64,000 nucleotides of DNA, taken from the NCBI GenBank assembly GCA_964016885.1, contig OZ024746.1, positions 94,736,001-94,800,000 of the forward strand, read 5' to 3'. A model generated the notes under the pieces. The model saw only the letters and a list, made by a program, of their open reading frames with translations. It searched no databases and was not told the origin of the DNA. Positions 54,974-64,000 of this stretch are shown here, one piece after another. A program made the position numbers and the translations under genes. The stretch is from Eledone cirrhosa. Taxonomy: Eukaryota. Within the stretch, counting starts at the first letter, position 1. Each line of letters starts with the position of its first letter.

Positions 54974-55206
54974 TTCTGTTAGACGATTGAAATTTTTTAC
55001 ACAAAATGTTTTAAAACAGGTTTTTCACCTCTAGGAGGGGTAAAGATGAGCTGACCCACCGCCTGACAGTTCAGACGGAGGGTCAAGCTATACAACTGTA
55101 TCAAAATTAAGTTTGAACTCACAAAATTTCCTCAATAAATTTGAACAAAACTTCTGTGCGAAGTGAATGACATCCACACTGTAGAACAGACGACAGCTAG
55201 ATATTT

Positions 55207-55279
<73 letters not shown>

Positions 55280-55292
55280 GCGAGAAAGATAT

Positions 55293-55334
<42 letters not shown>

Positions 55335-55835
55335 TCAGGTAGAGAATGAGGATTAGAGAATGAGTGAAGGAGGGAGAGAGAGAGAGAGCAATGTATGGAT
55401 GAGGGGGTGGGGTGGGGGGAATGTGTGAGAATGAGGACAGAAGAAATGAGATGGAAAAAGAAAAGGAATGTAATATAGAGGAAGGAAGGGAGGTGGTGGT
55501 GGTGGTGGGGAGAAGAACCTAGTTGACGGCGAGGCTGATGTAGAAGTTAGTTGTGGGGGGTGGAGGAAAGGGTCAATGGTGTAGCGATGGAGGAGGCGGT
55601 TAGGGGGGGGTAGAAAGACGGAGTGGTGGGGGAGGGTTAATGATATTTCTGTGTTATTTGTCCCTCTGAGATTTTTTGGCGGGGATTGCTTTTCATTTGT
55701 TTCTTATTGCGACTTTATTTCTTAACGCCGCCATTCCTTCACCTCTTTTATTCCTTACCTCCTCCTCCACCTCCACCACGCTCCCTTTATCATCCTTCCG
55801 CCGCGAAACAACCTCCAAGAAGCCATCCATCCTGT

Positions 55836-56056
55836 TCACCACCACCACCATCAGGACCAACACCAACACCACCACCACCACCACCATCAGGACCAACACC
55901 AACACCACCACCACCACCACCACCACCACCACCACCACCACCACCACCACCACCAACACCAACACCAACACCACCACCACCACCACCACCACCACCACCA
56001 CCACCACCACCACCACCACCAGGACCAACACCAACACCAACACCACCACCACCATC
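55836..56056. repeat. (CCA)n trinucleotide tract
   Basis: Seen directly. Confidence 0.95.
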
Positions 56057-56236
56057 AGAATCAGTTACCGTTTCCCCACCACGTCTTCTCTCTCTCTCTT
56101 TCTCTCTCTCTCTCAAATTCCCTACTTACACACACGCACATGTATATGTTTGCATATATATAATACATATATATATATGAATATATACATGAGTGCGTAT
56201 GTTTGTTTGTATATATATATGTATATATGTATATAG

Positions 56237-56286
<50 letters not shown>

Positions 56287-56394
56287 GTATACATACATAT
56301 ATATACATATATATATATATATATACATACACACAAACATATATATATATATATATATGTATATAAGTATATATATATATATATATATATGTAT

Positions 56395-56443
<49 letters not shown>

Positions 56444-56500
56444 TATATATATATGTATGTATGTATATATATATGCATATGTATGTATGTATATATGTAA

Positions 56501-56560
<60 letters not shown>

Positions 56561-56597
56561 ATATATATGCATATGTATGTATGTATATATGTAAATG

Positions 56598-56704
<107 letters not shown>

Positions 56705-57159
56705 GTATATATATGTATGCATATAGGTATGTATAGCCCTCCCTAATTCTCGCCTTTTGTTATCCTTTTCATTCTCACACCGGAAAAAGGAAGCCGGTTT
56801 TTTACGCTTTGTTTCGTTGCTGTTAGTTTTACTACCACCATTCTTAGTGTGATGAAGTTAGTACATATGATAGAGGGAGCGAGAGCGGAAGTAAAGCGTG
56901 TAAGAAAAAGAGGGGAGAGTGGAGAAAGAGAGAGATAGAGATGGGGAGAGAGAGTTGCATGGTCTTTGTTCTGCTATTTGATTTCGTTCAATATCCCATT
57001 GTTCCTAGTTCAAATCCTTACCTTTGTCTTTTCATTCCATTCTGTGAGAATCTATGATAGACAAAATCAACAGAGCAGCAGGAAAAATGCCATGCGGTTT
57101 TTAATCTTGTCCCCTTTACATTCTAACTTTGCCTCCCATCCTTCTGGATCGATACTACT

Positions 57160-57703
57160 TTGACGTAAACTCCGCCAGTTGCAGACTGCGCATCAACATG
57201 AGATATTTTTCTCCACAAAGTTCTATCACCAGCAGCAGAGTTTAAAGAGCAAAGATCAAGTCCAGTCCATAAGTTGACATTATCAAGCCATCGTTTTGGC
57301 TGCTGGCCTCTGCTTCTCTTACCAACCAACCTTCCTTCCAGGCATAACCTACTCACACCACGAGTTAATCTTTTTATATGACCGTATAGTTTGAGTACTC
57401 TTGACTTGACAATTGATGTAATTGGTCTAAGTTCGGTAATGTTAAGCAGCTCACTGATGCAGATACGGTCGCTGAGCCGCTTGCCAGTCATAAGTCTCAT
57501 GATGTGGTTCTGGAATGTAGAGAGCGCCTGAAGTAACCTTGTCGTCTAATCAACACCGTCAAGATCATATAATACAACTAGTCGGATATAAGTATCGAAT
57601 ATCTTAGCCTTCAAATGATAAGAAACTCGTTTTGATATTGGCACGTGCTTGTTCTTGTTGAAAGCTGCCCAACCTAGAGCTATGCGATACTGCGCAGCAA
57701 CCT
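57160..57703 (-). mobile_element. RTE-group LINE 3' fragment
   Basis: RIALGWAAF..KAKIFD..FQNHIMR..LKLYGHIKR..LEGRLVGKRSRG..RWLDNV..DRTLWR. Confidence 0.82.
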
Positions 57704-58083
57704 TTTAAATATATATTTTATTTCAATGGAAGGCATAACCACAATGTATCTAAGATATTCATGTAAAAAGAAAAGACGAAAAGAAAACAGTAGGAGAAAC
57801 GATGCACATTCAATTACACTCCACAACAAACGGCGTTGGGGTTTCTAACTAATTAAGTTTTAGGCAAGCGCTGCCATTGATGATAGCGAGGCTAAGATGC
57901 TGGAATAGCCAAGCACGCTCACGGGCTACACCTAATACGTCAGTAAGGCGAGCCGCCAACAATGACAAGAAACTCTTGTCAACAGCTCAGCGCCTCCAAA
58001 TATCTCGAACGTCAAAATTTGAAAAATTAGTTTGCCTATTCTTCCTGCTATTTTAGAATTTTATTCGTGAATTTTATATCGAA

Positions 58084-59055
58084 CTAGACCGCCCGTGACC
58101 CAGAGTTTTAGTAGTATACTAAACCAAACCGTGACCCAGAGTTTTAGTATTATACTAAACCAAACCGTGACCCAGAGTTTTAGTATTATACTAAACCAAA
58201 CCGTGACCCAGAGTTTTAGTATTATACTAAACCAAACCGTGACCCAGAGTTTTAGTAGTATACTAAACCAAACCGTGACCCAGAGTTTTAGTATTATACT
58301 AAACCAAACCGTGACCCAGAGTTTTAGTAGTATACTAAACCAAACCGTGACCCAGAGTTTTAGTATTATACTAAACCAAACCGTGACCCAGAGTTTTAGT
58401 AGTATACTAAACCAAACCGTGACCCAGACTTTTAGTAGTATACTAAACCAAACCGTGACCCAGAATTTTAGTAGTATACTAAACCAAACCGTGACCCAGA
58501 GTTTTAGTAGTATACTAAACCAAACCGTGACCCAGAGTTTTAGTAGTATACTAAACCAAACCGTGACCCAGAGTTTTAGTAGTATACTAAACCAAACCGT
58601 GACCCAGAATTTTAGTATTATACTAAACCAAACCGTGACCCAGAGTTTTAGTAGTATACTAAACCAAACCGTGACCCAGAGTTTTAGTATTATACTAAAC
58701 CAAACCGTGACCCAGAGTTTTAGTAGTATACTAAACCAAACCGTGACCCAGAGTTTTAGTAGTATACTAAACCAAACCGTGACCAAGAGTTTTAGTAGTA
58801 TACTAAACCAAACCGTGACCCAGAGTTTTAGTATTATACTAAACCAAACCGTGACCCAGAGTTTTAGTATTATACTAAACCAAACCGTGACCCAGAGTTT
58901 TAGTAGTATACTAAACCAAACCGTGACCCAGAATTTTAGTAGTATACTAAACCAAACCGTGACCCAGAGTTTTAGTAGTATACTAAACCAAACCGTGACC
59001 TAAAGTTTTAGTATTATACTAAACCAAACCGTGACCCAGAGTTTTAGTATTATAC
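58084..59055 (-). repeat. 36-bp tandem array (27 units) of fused Helitron termini
   Basis: Minus-strand unit TATACTACTAAAACTCTG + GGTCACGGTTTGGTTTAG. Confidence 0.92.
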
Positions 59056-59340
59056 TAGACCACCCGTGACCCGTTGGGTCACGTTCACTTCATAATATTT
59101 TTTTAAAATCATGTTCACTTAAAAATAATTTTTAAATAATTAAAATATACGCAGACATGTATATAATGTGAAATGAAACTGGAAGGCCCATATATATACA
59201 AGTGTGTGTATGTATGTATATGTAAATATATATGTATGTGCGTGTGTATATTATATATATATGTGGGTGTCTGTGATCTATATACACTGGTCATAGACAC
59301 ATACGCACATATACACACACACACACATATATATATATAT

Positions 59341-59415
<75 letters not shown>

Positions 59416-59608
59416 AAGAGGTGTGGTAAGGAACCAGATGGACCATAACGCACCAAAGTACTCAATACTTAGGCTAGTAGAGTGGGTAATAGGAAAATGT
59501 TTGACTCCGACAGCAGAGCTCAGGCTGTTTCGACGGCTATTTCTGGACTAGTAGTCCAGAAGTAGCCGTCGAAACGGCTTGAGCTCTGCCATCGGGGATA
59601 AACTTTTT

Positions 59609-59659
<51 letters not shown>

Positions 59660-59801
59660 AACGAAGGAATTGTGGTAAGGAACCAGATAGACCATAACGC
59701 ACCAGAGTACTCAATACTTAGGGTAGTTGAGTGGGTAATAGGACGAGTCCAGAAATAGCCGTCGAAACGGCTTGAGCTCTGCCGTCGGGGTTATACATTT
59801 T

Positions 59802-59861
<60 letters not shown>

Positions 59862-60117
59862 ACAACACTACCAGCTCTCTTTCTCTCCATCCTTCTCTCT
59901 CTCTCTATCTCTACCCCCCCCCCCCTCTCTGTTTATGAAGGTACCCAGAAAACCCCATATCTCGGGAACCCGTGCTTCGATTTACGCGAAACTTGTTTTA
60001 TTCCATTTGTATTCCCATTTCAGGGGCAACTTCCTTTCAAAGTATTTCCCCATTATGAGCCCTATTGGCTGTATTGCATTACAGACAAACAAGCAATCAC
60101 AGACTTTTAGTAATAGA
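59055..60117 (-). mobile_element. Non-autonomous Helitron, with PLE-like hairpin inserts in its internal (TA)n (59412-59805)
   Basis: A|TCTATTACTAAAAGTCTG at the 5' end; CGTGACCC..GGGTCACG hairpin and CTAG at the 3' end; colinear with 43107-43795. Confidence 0.87.
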
Positions 60118-60333
60118 TAATTGTTTCTACTTTAGGCACAAGGCCTGCAATTTAGCGGGAGTGGAAAGTCGATTAAATCGATCAGTGTATTGCTGCTGCT
60201 TAATTTTATCGACCCAGTAAGGACGAAAAGCAAAGCTAACCTCGGCGAGATTTGAACTCAGAACGTAAAGGGCCATAACTCTATGCTGAACAAGATGGTG
60301 TCTGACGCTCTACTGATACTGCCAATCCGCCGC
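60118..60333 (-). mobile_element. SINE family A copy
   Basis: Homologous to other copies. Confidence 0.82.
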
Positions 60334-61042
60334 ACAATACTGGGTTCGTTTTGCAAGTGAAAAGCCGAATTCTAATTCTGTTTTTAGAATTTCATTCCTT
60401 CTCGATAAATTAATGTTCGTTCAAGTCCAGAAATGGAGACAATTATCCCTTAGGGGTGAAGTATAATTATACGTAGAGGCCGAATTGCCAAAGTTTATGA
60501 TTGTGGATATCTTCTTGTTGACAAGCGGCAAGTCAACAACTAAGAATTCACAATGTTCGTCACAAGTATGAAAATACACTCTTGGTACAATGTGTACGAA
60601 CACGGAAGAGCCGAACTTCCACCGTCATCGACCCCATTTCTCTCGCCCTCCACATCTCTCTGGATAGTGAGCAAGTGTGGTCCCAGGTGCTGACCGCCCC
60701 ACAGTCTCGGCGGACTACTTCAACATTTCTGGTCATCATCTATCTTAGAATTTATTATTTTATTCTCTCCCTCTCTCTCCCTCCCTCTCTTCCAACCTCT
60801 CCCTTCTCTCTTTCTCCCACCCTTTCCCTTCTCTCTTTCTCCCTCTCGCTCCCCCTCTCTCGCCTCTCTCTCCTCTCTCCCCCTCTCTACCCCCCCCCCC
60901 GATTGGCAGAATTGGTAAAGTATGATATTTGGTCCGATTCTTTACGCTTGAGTTTAAATTTCGATTTTGCCTTTCAATCTTCCGGGCTTGGTAAAGTGAA
61001 GTATTGGGGGTCGATATAATTGACTTTCCCGTCTTGTACATA

Positions 61043-61750
61043 TGTCTCATGATGTGGTTCTGGAATGTAGAGAGCTTCTGAAGTGACCTTGTCGTCCAGT
61101 TAACACAGTGAAGACCATATAACACAACTGGTAGGATGGAAGTATCAAAGATCTTAACCTTCAAATGGTAGGAAACTCGTTTTGATGTTAGTACTTTCTT
61201 GTTCTTATTGAAAGCTGCCCAACCTAGAGAGATGCGATACTGCGCAGCAACCATTCCATTGTATCTGGTATCTGGTATCTGGTATCTGGTATCTGGATTC
61301 TGACTGTATATTGTATCTGGTATCTGGTATCTGGATTCTGACTGTATATTGTATCTGGTATCTGGATTGTATCTGGTATCTGGTATCTGGTATCTGGATT
61401 CTGATCGTATCTGGTATCTGGTATCTGGATTGTATCTGGTATCTGGTATCTGGATTCTGATCGTATCTGGTATCTGGTATCTGGTATCTGGATTGTATCT
61501 GGTATCTGGTATCTGGATTCTGATCGTATCTGGTATCTGGTATCTGGATTGTATCTGGTATCTGGTATCTGGATTCTGATTGTATCTGGTATCTGGATTG
61601 TATCTGGTATCTGGTATCTGGATTCTGATTGTATCTGGTATCTGGATTGTATCTGGTATCTGGTATCTGGATTCTGATTGTATCTGGTATCTGGATTCGT
61701 AACCGACGAGATGTGATTGAGACCGGAGACCGTGTCACAACATGTGCCAT
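61043..61750 (-). mobile_element. RTE fragment (same family as 57160-57703) with an internal (GTATCTG)n-based array at 61259-61697
   Basis: VAAQYRISLGWAAFNKNK..ILPVVLYG; 7-bp unit with GATTCT variants. Confidence 0.8.
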
Positions 61751-61757
61751 GTTATAT

Positions 61758-62112
61758 TGGGGATTGGCAGTATCGGTAGAGAGTCGGACGCCATGCTTTG
61801 CAGCATAGAGTTACGGCCCTTTATTATCTAAGTTCAAATCCCGCCGAGGTTAACTTTGCCTTTCATCCTTACGGGGTCGATAAAATAAAGTACCAGTAAT
61901 GCACTGGGGTAATTGCTGGCCTTGTGCCAAAAGTAGAAACAATTATTACCGTCAGACATCATGCTTTACAGCATAGAGTTATCGCCCTTTACGTTCTGAA
62001 TTCAAATCCTGCCGAGGTTAACTTTGCCTTTCTTCCTTACGGGATCGATAAAATAAAGTACCAGTCACGCACTGGGGTCGATTTAATCGACTTGCCCCTT
62101 CCCCAAAAATTG
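61758..62112 (+). mobile_element. Two tandem SINE family A copies
   Basis: Homologous to other copies. Confidence 0.88.
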
Positions 62113-62748
62113 CATTTTATATTAGGGATTTATCCCCACACGACGAGTACATGAAACAAAGAAGTAAGAGTATCAACAACAATAAAATAGGGATAACGTT
62201 TAACAAAACATGAGCAACAATAGTAGCGACGACAATACGATAGAAATATCTCACAACCCTGTAGAGGGGTCAATCGGTACCTTCTGATCAGTTGAGTATA
62301 TAGGAGAGAGCAGGGTGTGATGAGATAAAGGAGCTAAGGATGTATCCCTTTTTTCTCTCTCTCTCACGCTCTCTCTCTCTCTTCCCTCTCTCTCTCTCCC
62401 TCTATCCCTTCTCTCACTCTCACCCTTCTTTCTCTCGCTCACTCTCTCTCTCTCTCTCTACCTCGCTCTCTCTCTCTCAGCCTCTCTCTGGCTCTCTCTC
62501 ACCCCCTTCTCACACTCTCTCTTTCTATATATATAAATATATAGCCTCCTCCTCAACTTTCACTCACTCATTCTCTGTCACTACCTCTCCTCCTCCTCTT
62601 TCCTCCTCCTCCTTCAAGTTTGACCTGTGTGTAATTCTTTTCTCGCGCGGTCTTGACCAAGCTGGTATGGAATTTTTTTCTCTCTCTCTCTTTCGTCTGC
62701 GACTTCACAAAACTTATGTTTACCGAATTCGTAGACCAGACCCCTTTA

Positions 62749-62845
62749 TCTTCTTCTTCTTCTTCTTCTTCTTCTTCTTCTTCTTCTTCTTCTTCTTCTT
62801 CTTCTTCTTCTTCTTCTTCTTCTTCTTCTTCTTCTTCTTCTTCTC
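62749..62845. repeat. (TTC)n microsatellite
   Basis: Seen directly. Confidence 0.98.
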
Positions 62846-63187
62846 TTTTTTTCCCCCCGTCAGACCTGTGCGAAATTCTTTCCTTGCTCACATTTCAACC
62901 AGGTTTGATGGTCTTTTGTCTCTTGTTCACGATTTCACCGAGTTTATATTCATAGAGATCTGGGACTTGTCTATTTCTTCTCACTTTCCGTTGCTTAAAC
63001 CTTTTTGTTTGTTACCCTGGCGTCCCCTTTGTTTACGTGTCCCAACGACTTTTTTTAGCCGTTGTTCGCACCAACCTGAGGCATATGGCCCTTAAAGCGA
63101 TGAAATGCCTGGGACGGTTGGAGGGTCACTGATGAAGACTTACTTTTTCATATGCACCACCATTTGCAACGCGCAGCCATCATTATT

Positions 63188-63243
<56 letters not shown>

Positions 63244-63413
63244 CATAATTGGAGGAAGCTAATAGCGATACTCCGGCCAAATTCTAACTCACTCAACAAA
63301 CATTAGGAAATACCTGAGTATATTCCCAATTAAACGTTCAGGGTGCTAACTAAATGTATTGTGTGGAAAATTGGCTGTATTATTTCATATGAGATATATC
63401 AAATATATCACTT

Positions 63414-63530
63414 CCCAGACGGACGTCTGGTTTCACTATAAGATTTCTACAAGTTGGGTGAAATTATGTAGAAGCTTGTATAAGATCAACAGGTACTTAT
63501 TCAAGTGGGCTCTTATAATTCTTCAGTGGG
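63414..63530 (-). ncRNA. Type-I hammerhead with an expanded stem II
   Basis: CCCA-CTGAAGA-ATTATAAGA..TCTTATAGT-GAAA-CCAGACGTCCG-TC-TGGG; its downstream tail (63250-63400) is homologous to 46335-46480. Confidence 0.7.
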
Positions 63531-64000
63531 TGCCCAATAATATTAATATTGATAACTAAATCAACATCAATATTTAGCGATAATCACCATCAGTGCCTGA
63601 GGGAGCTGCTAGGTTGTTAGTCCAGCAGTTCTAAAGAAAATCTCACACTGTCTCGAAAATAGGAGGAAGCAGATTACTGCCAAAAAGCAATACATGCGCA
63701 GGTCAATGAATTCTGAAAAGAATTCAAGCCACGTGCTAGAACTCAATTGGATATGAAAAAATAACCATATGAGTGCATCGCTTGATGACACACATAGATA
63801 TTTTCTCGGGCAAATTAACAGTATGAGATACAAGAACAAACAATCAATATTCATATAAAAAAATAAACAAAGAGAGTCATACCTTATATCGGGAAAGTTC
63901 ATATCTGTTGCTCCAAGAGTAAATATATAAATACATAATCGGAGAAAGCTAAATATACACACATACACAATATGACAAAAGACGAAAGGTAACAACTTAC

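Larger units (their letters stand above)
49487..55197 (-). mobile_element. Near full-length Tx1/L1-clade LINE within (GATA)n
   Basis: 5' UTR, ORF1, ORF2 (APE-RT-Cys motif), 3' AATAAA running into (TCTA)n; (GATA)n at both ends. Confidence 0.95.

Noticed and set aside
55676-56236. Pro-rich or Thr-rich ORFs resembling a formin, extensin or mucin, one with a hydrophobic N-terminus
   Set aside because: Driven by (CCA)n and running into (TC)n/(TA)n; no non-repeat domain or splice evidence.
58061-59003. 241-aa and 302-aa repeat ORFs resembling membrane proteins
   Set aside because: They are translations of the 36-bp Helitron-terminus array.
60340-60740. Complex non-repetitive stretch as a possible host exon (also 47830-48110 and 57780-58060)
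   Set aside because: No recognisable protein motif or convincing splice-site pair; cannot be called without transcript or homology data.

Overview
AT-rich eukaryotic DNA saturated with microsatellites. The (TA)n/(TG)n/(GATA)n load and the tRNA-derived SINEs suggest an octopus or other cephalopod, which is inference. No host protein-coding gene is supportable: almost all listed ORFs are microsatellite translations or transposon remnants. The window holds two Penelope-like element (PLE) remnants, a near full-length Tx1/L1 LINE sitting in (GATA)n, and RTE and CRE LINE fragments, two of them with twin-priming-like inversions. It also holds two non-autonomous Helitrons, about 20 SINE copies, MITEs and a probable solo LTR. 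Four observations stand out. (1) About 20 type-I hammerhead ribozyme motifs from many PLE-terminus families sit in (TA)n, often as fold-back hairpins with a shared downstream TACTC..GAGT hairpin; one has a U3-A8 compensatory core. (2) A 27-copy 36-bp array has a unit made of a Helitron 5' end fused to a Helitron 3' end. (3) Minisatellites have arisen inside LINE coding motifs. (4) The Tx1 family appears to target (GATA)n. All folds and coordinates were read by eye.
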